Assembly (NCBI GenBank): GCA_028534125.1
Contig: CM052849.1
Location: 3,224,001 to 3,288,000, forward strand
Direction of reading: 5' to 3'
Length of the DNA: 64,000 nt
From: Lama glama
Lineage: Eukaryota
This document shows positions 1 through 13,746 of the stretch, in pieces. Position 1 is the first letter of the stretch; each line of letters begins with the position of its first letter. The notes beneath the pieces were generated by a model, which saw nothing but the letters and a program-made list of their open reading frames with translations, searched no databases and had not been told where the DNA came from. Position numbers and translations under genes: made by a program.

Positions 1-2224
1 GACGACAACAACAAAAATTCTGCTGGGATTTCTATTGAAATTACATTAAATCTGTTGTCCAATCCGGGGGAGAATTAACATCTTGACTTGAACTCTTCTG
101 ATCTGTGAGCACAGTGTGTCTCCCCGTTGATGTAGGTCTTTGATGTCTTTCATCAGTGTTTTGTAGTTTTCAGCACACAGAGCTTATATATTTTATTACA
201 GTTACACCTAAATATTTTATTTGAAGGAGGGCATCATAAAAAGAATTTTTTTTCAACTTTGGTTTCCAGTTGTTCATTGTTCGTCTATAGAAGTACAATT
301 GATTTTTGTGTATTGACCTCGTATCCTGTGACCCTGATAAATACACTTATTCTAAGAGCATTTTTGTAGATTCCTTGGCTGTCTACGTGTAGACAGTCAT
401 GTCACCTGCAAATAGAAATAGTTTTATTTCTTCCTTTTCCATCTGAATGCCTTTAGTTTCTTTTTTTATTACACAGCCTGGGGACTTCCAGTATGGTGAT
501 GAGCATGAGTGGTGAGAACAGACGTTCTTGCCTTATTTCTGACCTCAGAAAGTGTTCAGTCTTTGACAGTTAACTACGATGTTAGCTATAGGTTTTTCTT
601 GTAGTTGCCCTTTATTAGGTTAAGGAAGAGTTGGAAAGTATTATCTTCTCTTCTAGTCCCTGGAAGAGATGTATGAATTGGTGTTATTTCTTCTTTAAAT
701 GTTTGGTAGACTTCAGCAGTGAAACCATCTGAGCTTTTTTCAGAAGGATTTAACAATAAATTCAATTCCATTCATAGTTAAAGGATTATTCAAGTTATCT
801 GTTTCATCTTGGGTGCGTTTTGGTAGTTTGTGATTTTTGAGGAATAGGTTATTTCATCCAACCATCAGATTTATGCATGTAGAGTTGTTTATAGTGTCCC
901 CTTAGCATCTTTTTTATCTGCAGGGTCTGCAGTAACATCACCTTTTCATTTTTCATACTGATCATTTGTCTTCTGTATTTCTTTGTTAGTCTGGCTAGAG
1001 GTTTATCAATTTTAAAAGATCTTTTTAAAGAAGTACTTACCTTGTATTTTTAATTTTCTCTATTGTTCTTCTCTTTTCTATTTCCTTGATTTCTCCTCCT
1101 AATTATTTCCATAGTTCTGCTTGCTTTGAGCTTATTTTGTTCTTTTTTCGAATTTCCTGGAAGGTGGAAACTTACATTATTGATTTGAGACCTTGCATCC
1201 CACAGAAATCAATATGTTGCATTTTCAATCTTGTGCATTTCAACACATTTTCTAATTTCCCTTGAAATGTCCTTCTTTACCCATGTGTTATTTAGAAGTG
1301 TGTGGTTTAACTTCTAAGTATTTGGAAGTTTTACAACCATCTCTCTGTTACAGGTTTCTAGTTTAATTCCATCAGTCAGAGACCATTCATTGTATGATTT
1401 CATTTCTTTTAAACTTATTAATGTTTACTTAATGATGTAGGTTATGGTCTGTCTTGGTAAATGCTTCATGTGCACTTGGGGGAAAAAGGGGTTTATTTTG
1501 GATGGAGTGTTCAATAAATGTCAATTAGGACCAGTTGATTGATAATGGTTTCATTTCTCTTACACACTTCCTGGTTTTCTAGTTACTTGTTCCATGGATT
1601 ACCAAGAGGAGTGTTAAAGTATCCAGCTAAAACTGGATTTGTGTACATCTCTTTTCAATTCTATTAACTTTTGTTTCATGTACTTTGAAGCTTTGTTGTT
1701 AGGCGCTTCATGATTGGGATTGTTATGTCTTCATGGCGAACTGACCCTTTTATGAACATCCAGTGTCTCATTATCTTTCTTTAGCAAGTCTATTCTGCCT
1801 GATATTAATACAACCACCCCAGCTTTGTTTTAAGTAAGTATTTGCATGATGTATCTTTTTACATCCTTTTACTTTCAGCCTACCTATATTGTTATATTGA
1901 AAGTAGGTTTCTTGTAGACAGCATATAATTGAGTCTTTTTTCATATATCCAGTTTGTCCTTTAATTGCTGTGTTTAGACCAAAAATATTGATATTTGGAC
2001 TTAGGTCTACCATTTTACTGTTTTCTGTTTGTCCTCTCTGGTTTTCATTCTTCTATTTCCCTTTTCCTGCCTTCTTTTGGATTATTAATATTTTTAAGTA
2101 TTCCATTTAATTTTGTATAGTCTTTTTAGACATTGCATTAGAGACTATAATATACATACTTAACTGTTCATAAGCTGCCTAAATTAATATCTTACCAGCC
2201 TCACTGTTATTCATACTGGATAAT

Positions 2225-2790
2225 GTATTAGTTTTCTCTTGCTGCCATAACAAGTTACCACCAACTTAAGACAACACCTATTTATTACTTCACAATTTCC
2301 GGAGGTCAGAAGTCTGGTTAGGTTTGACTGTCTTCTGCTTAGGGCCTCACAAGGCCAAATTCAGGGGATTTCATAAGCCTGAAATCCAGCATATTTTTCA
2401 AGCTTATTGAGATGGTTGACTTCAGTTCCTCGTGGTTGAAGAAGACCCCATTTCCTTACTAACTTAGCTGGGGGCTGCTCTTTTCTCCTAGAAGTTGCCC
2501 ACATTCCTTTCAGTGCTTTCGTGGCCCCTCCAGCAAGAGCGGGTTGAGTCCCTCTCACACTTTAAATACCTCTGACTCTCCTGCTGCATCTCTGAATCCA
2601 GCCAGAGAAAAATCTCTGCTTTTAAGGATTCATGTGAGTAGACTAGGCCCACCCAACAATCCAGCCCTGATTTTTAAAGTCCATAAACTCAATTACATCT
2701 GCAAAGTCTCTTTTATCATAAAAAGCAACGTTCACACTTTCCAAGGAATAAGGCATGGACGTGTTTGGCAGAGGTGGACATACTGCATAT
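2225..2790. mobile_element. MaLR (MLT1-like) LTR inserted in the L1
   Basis: Begins tgtattagttttctcttgctgccataacaagttaccac...tttatt...ggaggtcagaagtctg, typical MLT1 terminal sequence. Recognised from memory. Confidence 0.6.
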
Positions 2791-3195
2791 CACAGACAAT
2801 TTCTACCGCTCTGTCTTCAAGTTCACAGCCTTTCCTCAGTCACCTCCATTTTGCTACTGAGGCCAATTACTAGTATATTTTCAAATTTTGGTGAATGTAT
2901 TTTCTTAGTGTTAAATATTCTATTTGATTATTTTCTGTACCTTCTATGCCTCTGCTGAGACTTTCTATCTTTTCATTTCTAAAGTCTTTTTCTGATAATT
3001 CCAATATTTGGGTCATCTCCGTGTTTAAACTTTCTTGACTCTTTATACATAAAGTAATTTTGGATTGAATCCTGGACACTTTAAATATTATGCTATGGGA
3101 CTAGGTCTTGGGTAATTCCTATGGAAGATGTTGAGTTTTTGGTTTAGGAGGCAATTGATCCACATAGGATCAGTTCTGTTCTGCCTCCTGTAGGC

Positions 3196-3583
3196 TGTTA
3201 AAACAATAGGCTCAAAATGGAGTCACTTGTGCTAAGCCCCACCGCACCAAGCTGAGACTTAATTGAATTATAGTTTTGGCTCTCCCAGAAATGAAATATT
3301 AAACCAGTCAATCAGGAGTCACCTCCTCAGCACTAGTTAGGCAATCTGCCTGATAGATCCCTGCCATCCCCTAAAGGAAAATAACCTTGCGATAACCAAC
3401 GCGCTTTTTTGCCTAAGACAACTTCCTCGTTCTTGCTCCCTTCTGCATATGAAAGTCTTTCATTCTGTACAGCTCCTTGGAGCTCTTCCTATGTGCCAGA
3501 TTGGATGCTGCCCAATTCATAAATCGTTGAATAAAGTCTGTAAGATCTTTAAAATATACTCTGTTGAATTTTGTTTTTTAACA
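3196..3583 (+). mobile_element. Solo ERV LTR
   Basis: TGTTAAAA...TTTTAACA 8-bp terminal inverted repeats, internal AATAAA near the 3' end, near-matching 4-bp flanks (aggc/gggc). Confidence 0.75.
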
Positions 3584-4539
3584 GGGCCGTAGTTCAAGTA
3601 TCAGTTCGGTTTTCAGAACCTCTGCAGTGTAAGACAGATCTATCCTACGTTTGTGCCACCCAGGAGCCCGTCTGAAATCTGGGGGGTCTACATAGTAGTT
3701 TCGTTCTCAAAGTCATTGGAATACTGTTTGGGGTCAGATCCATGCCTGTGAATCTAGGGGACCCGGGTCTCAAGCCTCCTCCTCTCCACAGTTTCTCCCA
3801 CACCCTCCAGTTTTCAAGACCACCATCCCCTGGCCTCCAAGCTAGAACCCAGGCCTTGAGTCTGCCTGCTCTGCTGTACACATTCTGTGGCTTCTTCTGC
3901 TCTGGAACTAGGTGGCAGGATGAAGGGAGGGGGGAAAGCAAGGGGATGCCTCCCCTCGAAACACACCCTTCAAGCCACAGCTGTGGTCAGACGGAAGGAT
4001 GCCCCTCAGAGCTTTAGGATCTCTGCCGGCTGTCGCCGCTGCTGCTCCCACCCGGTTTCAACTTCAGAATGAGGCTTGCCCAGGGACAGGGCTGGACGAG
4101 AAAAGAGGAAAAACAGAGGGCAACAAGGATTTCCCTCATTCTGTTTGTCCTGAAGGGGCCCTTCTTCCTACTCCTCAGACCAGAAAGACAGGGCTTCTCT
4201 TGGAGTTTTTTCTTTCCATTTCCAGGGTCCACACTGCCCCTGAGACCATGGCCAGCAGATACAGGAGCAAAAAGCAAAACAAGAAACTCGCCACCAGACT
4301 GTTTACACTCCAAGTTCTGGTTCCCTCTCCCAATCCACCTGCTACCATTTCTTCCTCAAAGTCCACGGATAGCTGCTTCCTACATTCCGCCCAGGGTTTT
4401 TAGTTGCACTCAGATGGAAGGACAGACTCTGCTTACTCTGTCTTACTCAGAACTGAAACCCTAAGAAATGTCTTTTTGAAAATATATGCTCATGCGTGGC
4501 GGGAGGCTAATAGCTCAGTGGTAGTCCCGTGATGGCCGG

Positions 4540-4795
4540 GACGGAGGCCTCCTGCCTACGGCCATGTGAATGCATCATCTTGGAAGTGGACCCTCCAGCC
4601 CCAGTCAAGCCTTCGTGTGACTACAGTCCTGGGTGACATCTGACTGCCCCTTGTGAGGGAGACCCTGAGTCAGAGCTGTCCAACGCAGCCACTCCCAGGT
4701 GCCTGATCCACAGAAACCGGGAGATAATTTATATGTGTTGCTCTAAGCCATAGTGTTTGGGGATAACTTGCTCCCCCAGATCAATACAATAGATG
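4540..4795 (+). mobile_element. MLT1-like LTR fragment
   Basis: ggaagtggaccctccagccccagtcaagcctt...tgtgttgctctaagcca...tttggggataacttg motifs typical of MLT1 3' halves. Confidence 0.55.
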
Positions 4796-7702
4796 CTACC
4801 CTGCACCACACCCAAGGCACTGTCCCCACTGTCATCTGTCCAATGGACCACAGTGATAGTTCCCTGGTCTCCCTGCCTCCTGCCACAAGCCCCTTCAATT
4901 TCTCCTCCACATAGGATCCAGACCAAACTGAAGGGCCATTATCCAGAAAGCTTTACTGCACTTTTGCCTGCTCAAAACCTTCCACAGCCCCCCTGTATTC
5001 TGTGTTATTGCTAAGAGGTGTACAACTGAATAGGAACAGTGTGATGGTGGAGTTCCTGGTGTCCCTGAGCTGACTGGGGAGCAGAGGAGAGAGGAAGAGT
5101 CCTTGTTTGCCCTGGCCCCCTGGAATGACAATCCCAGGGCCCGCAGGGGAGGGCAGGAGGGGCCCCCTGGCAGCTGGGGCCAAGGCAAGGCAGCTGCTTT
5201 GTTCTGAATCCACAATGGCAGGATGCCCGGCACAGGCCCGGCTTCCTCCAAGGCAGGGCGAGGGGGTGGGAGCTAGGCCAGGGGCATGCCTGGGCCCTCG
5301 CTGGGCAGGGGGAGGCTGGAGGGAGGAGAGCATGAGAAGCCTTGGGAGAGGAGCTGGGAGGCATCTGTATGAGCTAACATTACTTGACGACCCGCTAGGT
5401 TTCAGGCACTGTCGCTAAGCACATGCCATGCCTTAGCCTCCAGGATCTAGATCAGGGTGGGCTCTGCTGCTGCCCCCAAATAACACAGACACACAGGAGG
5501 GGACGACCCTACCCCCCCCCCCCCCACCCCTGGTCATACAGCTCAGACTTGCCAGGGCTGGGATTTGAACCCAGGTCTGACCCCTGCTTTTGCCTAGTCT
5601 TCTCCCCCTACTCCATCCACGCCAGGCTGGTGCTGGTGCCAGGGAGCCGGCAGTGAGCGGTCATCTCAGCCCTCCCAGAGCCCTGGCCAGTAGAGGACAA
5701 AGGCGATAAACCAGCTCTGAGAGTGAGGTGTGCTCAGGGCCCGGCCTGGGGATCTGGGGTGACCTTTGGCTGTGGCTGTCAACCCAGCCTGGTAAGGGGC
5801 AGGGCAGGGACGGGGATTGGTGGAAAGAGCTCCCAGGAATGGTGACACCGGCTATTCCGAGAAGGATTCCCGGCAGGGACTAGGTACAAGGAGGGAGGCT
5901 CAGAAAGGTGAAGTGACTTGCCCCAGGCCACAGAACAAGTAAGAAGCAGAGCCTGGAGGGTCAGTGGCCTGTCAGTGAGAATCACCTGCAGAATCCTTCC
6001 CTGAGGGGATTCCTGTCAGTGAGAAAAGTGCCTGGGACACAAGCCCAGGTTTCTGACTCCCAGTCCAGTGCTCAGTGTGCCCACTGCTGGGAGGAGAGAG
6101 AAGCTGGGCTTCAACTCTGCCCTTGAGGGAATCACCTCAGTGCCATCCCATCCCCCATCCCACCCCTATAACCGCCAGGTGCTGGCTTCGATCAGATGGG
6201 AAACTTACTCTTAAGCCAAGCACTTCCTGGGGCCCAGGAGCCAGGGCGAGGTCACTGCGGGAGGCTCCTGCTATGGCAGGGGGCCCCCTTGAATGTGGAA
6301 GGGTCCTGAGTACCAAGGAGGCTCTGCCCCTACAAAGCCATCTATCCCTGTCAGGTCTGGTCAGGCCTCAGAGTGGAGCCCAGAGGTATCCAGGGTACAT
6401 GGGACAGGGCTGGGCCAGTGGCATCTCTGAGTCACAGGGAGGGTGGGTGGCCAGTGACTCAGCCTAGGCCCACTTCCCCTCGGCAAGGCCAGCCTGGGCG
6501 GAGGCCTATGCTGGGAAAACCTGCATCTGTCCTCCCTGGGCCAGGGGCCTACCAGCCCCTCGCCACCCCCAACCCCACCCTGAGGCTGACCCGGTACGCT
6601 GCCCTGTGTAGCACTGGCTGGCACAGCAGACATCCATGAATTCTGGCTACTGAAGCAACGAATGATTCCCCTAGCCCTGGCCTGGCCTAGCTCCCACCCT
6701 CCCACTTACCAGATGGGCCTGGAGCCTCAGAGAGTGGATGCCTAGCCCAAGATGGGGACCAAGCCATCTGGCACCATCACCCACCTCTCCCCTGGCCCTG
6801 CTCACCAGTCTTCTCACCAGAATCCTCGCCATGGGGGACCATCAGCCCACTTTGCAGATAAGGAAGCCGAGGCTGAGAGGGGCAGTACCTACCTACCCCA
6901 GGTGCAATGAGGTGGGTGGAGCAGGATTAGGCCCCAGGTCTCTCTAACCCAGGCAGGGTCCTTATGGTTTTTAACAGGCAGCCTCCAGTGGAGGCAGGTG
7001 GCGGCTGGAATTAAGTGAATAGAGTCAAGGACAGAGGAGTGATGATCTGAGTCAGGACAGCTGGTCAGAGAGGAGCCCAGCAGACTCCAAGCTGAGACTG
7101 TGGCCCCAGGTTCCCCCCGTGGCAGCCCTGGAGCTCCCCCCACCCCAATTCCTTGCCCTCTGCTCCCACAGCCCTGGGCATGGCCCCTGGTCAAGGCCCT
7201 TCCTTCCTCAGGCTTCCTTTTTGGGGTTTTCTTTTAGAGGAGAGCTGCAGATTGGGTTTTCTCCCCCAAGCAAGGGTTTAGCTGTGAGAAGGGAGATGCA
7301 GATGTAGGAAGAGGTGCAGGTGGGTGGGCCTGGCCTCAGTGGGAACCTGCAGGAAGCTGGTGGGAGCAAAGGCAGAATCCAAGGAGAGGTGAGGCCACGG
7401 GGCCAGACCCTGACAGCCTTGTGGTCTGGGGCAGGAAGATCTGACCTTGTCCTGAGCAGTGTGGAGCCACAGAGGCTGTGTGTTCTAAGAGACTCCGGGG
7501 CAGGGCTGGCGTGCAGGGGCCGGAGCAGAGGGCTGGGGTGGGGGCCTGGCCGACCACAGCAGTAATGGTGGAGGTCCTCGCTTCTGTGTGGGCGGCTAGC
7601 AGCCAGTGTGCCCTCTGCTCTCCCGATATTTCCTTTTCTTCCTCCCTATATTTCCTTAGCTGCCACCCCTGAGGAATGACACAGGTGTCCACGCAAAAAT
7701 AG

Positions 7703-7708
7703 TTTATT
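7703..7708 (-). other. SLC35E4: Probable SLC35E4 polyadenylation signal (AATAAA)
   Basis: tttatt on the plus strand about 510 nt downstream of the stop codon. Confidence 0.65.
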
Positions 7709-8215
7709 TGAGGACGGAAGACCCAAAACTGGGGAGCCCGGGGCTGAGGCCACAGCAGCTGCCTGGAGTTGGCACAGACGACCCCAACTCCCTAGGAAGC
7801 CCAGTGGCAAAGAAGCCCTTCCCCAGGCCCCTAGCTGCCTCCCCCACTTCCTGGAGGAAGGATTGCGCGACCGCCAAGATTCATCGTCGTCGCCATCAGA
7901 ACACGGTTTGGCCAGCAATACTCGGCGTCATAGTTGATACTAATTGTAATAATTACTCTCACAGGCACAGTGCCTGCACCGGGCTCGGACCCACCATCCA
8001 GTGGTGAGTGGGGACTGAGGCGAGGAGAGGCGGGCAGGGACAGGAGAGGGGTCTCTCCGGGAGTCCCCATTCCAGCCTCCAAGGTGGCCCTTCTGGAAGG
8101 CCTGTCTTCCCCATGGGCCCCAGAGGCTGCCCGCTCTCCACGTTTCCCATGGCCACAGGCCAAGGCTGGATTCAAGCTGGGGCTGTCCCAGGTGGTCCCT
8201 GTGAGCCCTCAGGTC

Positions 8216-8649
8216 TCAGAGACCCTTGCCAGGCTGGTCCCTCCGCCAGAAGCCCCGGCGGGCAGCCCAGGAGGCCACGAACTCGCAGTTGTGGTAAAGG
8301 AACATTCCTGAAAGGGTGAGCGCGATGCCCACGTAGCTGAGGGCGCTAAGGCAGCTGCCAAACAGGATCCGGGACAGGACGAGGTTGCCCACGACAGTGA
8401 GGTTGCCCAGGACGTGGACAGTGAGGGCTGAGGTGAGGGCCAGCAGGGAGAAGCTGGCCAGGTTGTAGAGTACGGACAGGAGGCAGCTGAGCAGGATGCA
8501 GGCCCAGAGGCGGGAGTCAGTGGGAGCGGGCGGCGGCGCCACGCCGGCCTCCAGCACCAGGGCCGCGCCTGCCAGCAGGCAAAAGCTGGGCAGCGAGGTG
8601 GCGTAGAGCAGGGTCATCGCGTCCAGCCTCTCCTCCTGCAGCAGGGCAC
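8216..8649 (-). CDS. SLC35E4: SLC35E4 coding exon 2 (solute carrier family 35 member E4)
   Basis: Acceptor tttcag|GT. Encodes (S)[10 protein letters not shown]...RRDQPGKGL-stop. 434 nt; with exon 1 gives 1053 nt = 350 aa. Confidence 0.96.
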
Positions 8650-8779
8650 CTGAAACCAGGACGGCAGCTGTCAGCACCGTCAACCCCACCTGGCCCGCCC
8701 TGCATGACCCATGGTCCTCAGGAAGCCTGCCCCAGCCCCTCAGGCAGAATCAGTGACTCCCCTCGCTCTGTAATGTGAA

Positions 8780-8965
8780 GGTCAAGATTCCGGAGTCAGA
8801 CCACCTGGGTGGTGACCTGTATTGCGCCTTACTAGCTGTGACCTGGCACTTAACTTCTGTAGGCCTCTGTTCACTCACCTACGAAGTTTTATAACCTAAT
8901 AGGCAGGGTAGTTGTAAAGATTAAAATAGATAATGTATAGAAGGCCCTTATAAGTGCTCAGCAAA
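8780..8965. mobile_element. MIR SINE
   Basis: ttactagctgtgacctgg...ttaacttctgtaggcctctgttcactcacct...gttgtaaagattaaa, the MIR core pattern. Confidence 0.6.
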
Positions 8966-9291
8966 CATAAAAAGGTAAGATAAATAAGGCCAATATCACC
9001 TACTCAAACCACCCCCCGGAGGCTGAAACAATAATCCGCTTGTGATATCCCAATGATCATAAACATGGGGAAAAGAAATCTTCAGGGACTCCCCAGTGGA
9101 AAAACACATCGTGGGCTCTTAGCCAGCTTTGTAGGCCCTGTGCCAAGTGACCCCGACCAAGCTTTCTTGGCGTCAGCCCTTCTGGAACCCACTGCCCCGC
9201 AGTGCGGCTCCCACATCAGAGCAGGGACAGGCTCACAGCAGGTCCCAGCCCTGCCACTTACTAGCTATGTGGCCTTTACATTAAAAAAAGT

Positions 9292-9386
9292 TGGGGATAG
9301 CTCAGTGGTAGAGTGTGTGCTTAGCATGCACAAGGTCCTGGGTTCAATCCCCAGTACCTCCATTTAAACAAAAAAAGAAAGAGAAA
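9292..9386 (+). mobile_element. tRNA(Ala)-derived SINE (Vic-1-like, camelid)
   Basis: A box tagctcagtgg, B box ggttcaatccc, A-rich tail; similar copies at 17946 and 48703. Confidence 0.85.
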
Positions 9387-10175
9387 GTTTTATTAAAATA
9401 ACAAAAATTGTTTGAGTCAAATGTTCAATGACTTATGACCACTGGGATGACAGGGGAACAAGAAAGTCATTGTCTGCCCTTGGCTGTCATTCACTGTTTA
9501 TCACCATCTTTTGCTACCAACACTGGGGCTTGTCAAGGTGAATCCGGGACAAAGAGGAAATCAAAGGCTTTGCAAGGGAAGAGGAAGTCCTATTGCATTG
9601 CACCGGGGTGCCTGCACCGGTGTGTGCGTGCACACGTGATACCACCCCACTCGTTCACAAAAGAAGTGGTGCCCATCCTAAAATCACATACGGCTCAGGT
9701 GAAATGGCAGTATTTGCGTGAAGGCAACAACGATCTGGGGCCTTCTCCAAGTTTTCGCGGAGGGATGAGTAACGGATCCCGGTCCCCTCCCAGGGCTCTC
9801 TGAGCCTCTATGCATTTTCTGACACACAATTTCCAGAGGTGCTTACTCATAGGCTATGCTTAGAATAGGAAATCTTATTTCTCTCTCGATTTCATTCTAA
9901 TGTTTTGGCTTTGTTCTCTAGGCAACAGTCCCTCTGGCTCAAGCATTTCTAGAAATGAACAGATCATTGGAATGCCTCCTGTTCATTGGCTCCAAATTTA
10001 GCACCGTCATGAGCTGCCCATGTCGGGCATGTGAAAGGTGCAATCCCTGGAAGGTGTTGAGGATTTCAGGTGACCTTCACCTCTGGCAAATTTCACCTTC
10101 TGCGGGGCAGCCAGGCAGGAAGGTCCTTCCCTCCCCACTGGTCCCTCCGCCAGAAGCCCCGGCGGGCAGCCCAGG

Positions 10176-10252
10176 ATCTGCTCTGTATCCCACTCTGCCC
10201 TCCATCTCCCCTTGCATCTGCTCTGTATCCCACTCTGCCCTCCACCTCCCCT
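10176..10252. repeat. 40-bp-period tandem duplication
   Basis: 10176-10212 vs 10216-10252 match at 36 of 37 positions. Confidence 0.95.
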
Positions 10253-12825
10253 CCCTGCAGCCCAAGGAAAGAGCAGTGATCCTCAGCCAGAGGTGATGCA
10301 CCCCACCCGGGGCCCCCAAAATGCCAAGCCGGTCGTCCTGCTGTCTCAGTGACCCCTCCTCTGCCAGCTCCCCACAAACCCTGCATTTCAACCTCTCCTC
10401 CTCCAAAGACATTTTTGTTTCAGCCTCTGAACACACCCAACCTTCAGCCACATGCAAACAAATGTTCTCTAGACCCTGTCTGGCTGGCTACTGGCTTCTC
10501 TCCTCTCTGCTCCGTCATGAGCTGTGTGGTATCACACAAGTCACCTTCCCTCTACGCCTGTCCTCTTGTGTCAGCAAGGGGTATGTGAGGTGCTAAGCAC
10601 AGGGCCTGGTGCCCAGGGCAACTGCTCACCGCGGCAGCTGTCACGACCCCCATGCCCTGCTCCCGCCCGCTGACACCCGCTCCCAGACTGCCCTCTCCGG
10701 CTCTGGCCGTGTGGAGAGCTGGACACATGGTGAGGGCTCAGCAAGCGTTTGCTACTATTCTTACGTTATTGTTATCATCGCTGCCTGCCTCCTCCCCTAG
10801 GCTGCCTTCTCTGGTCTCCCCTAGACGTAACTGCTGACCACACCTGTGCCCACCTTGGCCCTGGCACTTCTCCCTCGCTGTGTGATCTCTAGGTCTGAGG
10901 GCACCCCCTGACTAGCCTGAGAGTGCAGCGGACAGGGATCGGGTCAGGCCATTCCCCATTGCAGGTGGGTATAGCTGAGGACAAGTTCAGCACTTCCCAC
11001 CCTGCTTCCCAGCCTTTCTGTGAGTGGGAAGGTGGCACCCTCGTGTAGGCCCCTCGGCCGGCAACTGGCCCAGGAAGGAGGGAAGCTGCCGGATCTGTCT
11101 GTGGCTGCCTGGGCACGCCTCTTCCTGGACTTTCATCCTCTGCTCCCGTGCAGCCTGTCCTTAGGAAAGGAGCTGATGTCAGCCATTTACACTCTAGTCT
11201 GAATCTAGTCCTGGTACCTTTCCTGGAACCTCTGGAAGTAGAAACCTTCTCTTGCCCAGAAACCCATGTCAGCCCCTGTCTCCAGTATATTCCTCCCCAC
11301 CTCTGCCAGGCTTCTGCCTTAGCCTCCTAAGCTCCTCCTTAGCACCTTGAGCCATGTAGCCTCAACAGCCTGCCAGTGTTGCCACCAGAGCCATTAATAA
11401 ATCCACCACTTAAGGGCTACCTGCCCTGTGCCAGGCCCCAGGTCACGTGCTGGGGACACAGAGCTGCCCCAAAGCCAGGCCAGGCCCTCTCAGAGCTCCT
11501 GTCTGGTGGGAAGCAGACAGGTAATCAAGTGGCTATGACACAGGGCATGTGGGGTTCTGATGGCGGAAGCAGAGGGTGCTCAGGGAGCCTGGAGAAAGCA
11601 TCCAATCCACCTCAGGGACCAGGCAGGAGACAAGGAGGGAGCTAGCAGAGCCAAGGAGCAGCCTGATGCCAGGCACCTGCTGCTCCTGGCCCGTGTGCCC
11701 GAGATGTGGGTGGACGTAGCCTGTCCTGCAGGCCGGGCTCCTCCTAGGTGTGGAGCACTGGGCAGGCATGGTGGGGCCTCAAGGCTGGGGCCTTCTCAGC
11801 CTTCTGGCCCTGCCCAGGGCAGGGCACGAGGTCAAGTTTCCCACTGACTCATGCATGCCCAGAGCTCAGACCCTAGCTCTCATGTAACCTGAGGGCAAAA
11901 ATAGAACTGGAGGGCCCTGGAGGACAGGGATAGGTCCTGGCGCTGCAGATGCCAGGGCAGGGTTGAGCTCTGACTTCAACCTTCCCTGACTGCAGGCTGC
12001 TCCTAACCCCAGTCCAGTGCCCTGGGAGCACCCCTTTTCCTCTCCCAGGCTTGGGTCATAGGACCTCAGAGCTGGAAGGGAGGGAGAGCATGAAGGCCCT
12101 GAGAGCACCGAAAATATGGGGAGACTGAGGTGCAGACAAGATCCAGACCTGCCCAAGGTCATCCAGCAAGGATGAGCCAAAGTGTGGCTAGAACCCAGGC
12201 CTCTCCACCCTGAGTGGGTGCCCTGGACTTCACCATGTCTCCCTTGGATTGAGGCAGAGAGAGGGTGGGGGCTGTGACTCAGAGCCCCTCAGTAGGACAG
12301 GCCGGAAGGTGGCCTCCACCCTTGGGCAGAATGATTTAGCTGGGTCTAGGCCTGGAGCCTCCACCCGACCCTCTGCCCAGAGCCCTGAACCCCTTACATC
12401 AGAGCTGAGGTCCAGAGTGACATGGACCAGGATTCCAGTCCTTAGGAGCTGTGTGACCTGGGCAAATCACGAACCTCTCTGGGCCTCAGTTCCATCATCT
12501 GTAAAATGGGGATGAAGGTGGTGGTTGCCATGATGACTCAAGGTCAACACTCGGCATGGGGCCTGTTACACTGTAGCTTCTAGTAAACACCAGCCCTTCC
12601 CAGACTTCGCCAAACCCCTCACCATTCAAATCCCAGCTCACAGCCTTCCTCTCTTCTGTCTCCCTGGTCCCTGCCATCAGGCCTCCCTCTGGATCCGCAG
12701 CCTTATGCCTCATCATTTGGACAGCGTGGAGTCTGCTGCCTGGGTTCAAATTTGCCTCCGCAGCTCACATGGCCCAGGGCAAGCCCCCTCTACCTGTCAA
12801 ATAGGGGCAATATAGTGACTTCCTT

Positions 12826-12867
12826 GATCAGGGCAGTAGAGAGATCAGGGCAGTAGAGAGATCAGGG
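12826..12867. repeat. 17-bp tandem repeat (gatcagggcagtagaga x about 2.5)
   Basis: Read directly from the sequence. Confidence 0.9.
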
Positions 12868-13127
12868 AGATAAAGGACTTGACAAAACACGGGCCACAGA
12901 TCTAGACAGCAACTCTTAATAAATCCTGGTTGGGCCTGTAGAGCCTAAGTTTCGGGCCTGGAACTCACTGAGCTGCTGAGTCCCTTTCTGAGCCTCAGTC
13001 CCTGCCTCCTCCAAAGCCACACACCTCAGTTTCTTCATCTGTAAAATGGGATAATGACCTCAAGAGCCTCCAAGGCCATGCTCCCACCCTGGCCCCCACC
13101 TCCTCAGCCAGCGACCTGGGTACTCAC

Positions 13128-13746
13128 TCTGCTGAATAGACTTGAGGCCACGGAGGCAGGTGGCCGCCAGCAGGAAACCACAGCCGGCGGGGGGTGTCCG
13201 GAGCTCTCCAGCCAGGCTGCAGGCAGCCCCCAGGCAGAGCGGGCCCATGGCGGCGAACTGCAGCGGGTGGTGGCGCCGGCCAAGCAGCAGGGCTGACAGG
13301 GCCAGTGTGATCAGTGGGGTGGTGGTGGTCGCCAGCTGCGCCAGGTCCAGGGGCACAGCGCTCAGGCCCACGTTGCCACAGGCCATCGAGGTGCCAAAGG
13401 TGAGGCTGAGCAACAGCACTTGACAATGGGTGCGGCCAGGCATGGGTCGCCGTGCCCCCCGGTGGCACACCAGTGCTGCTGCCAGCATGTGCAGCGCCGA
13501 GAGCAGCAGGGGCCGCCCAAAGCCGTGCACCGTGAAAATCCACTTGTTGAGGCTGGACATGCTGGCTCCCGACAGCAGCCACACCAGTGCCGCCATGGCC
13601 ACCCGGGCCCGGCCAGGCCGCCCCAGGGCCTGAGGGGTGTCGGGGGGCCAATCTGGGGACCCAGCCAACCGCGCCCCGCCAGACACTGCCACTGCCTCAG
13701 CTGAGGTCATCCTGCTGTCATGGTGCTCCGGTGGGCAGCGGCACAT
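13128..13746 (-). CDS. SLC35E4: SLC35E4 coding exon 1
   Basis: ATG at 13746 ([10 protein letters not shown]...), TM segments [19 protein letters not shown]..., donor A|gtgagt at 13128; 619 nt, phase 1. Confidence 0.96.

Larger units (their letters stand above)
20..4460 (-). mobile_element. Old, degenerate LINE-1 (ORF1 and ORF2 remnants) interrupted by LTR insertions
   Basis: Minus-strand peptides resemble the L1 ORF2 endonuclease start (GLNTAIK...ICCLQETYF...RLKVKG, 1771-2013), ORF2 (DGFTAEVYQTFKEEITPI, 586-771) and ORF1 (EMTQILELSEKDF..NEKIESLS, 2870-3079). Plus strand is T-rich. Boundaries are approximate. Confidence 0.8.

Noticed and set aside
9295-9362. Possible tRNA-Ala genes (also near 17950 and 48730)
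   Set aside because: Degenerate stems, A-rich tails and a probable TSD indicate SINEs, not tRNA genes.
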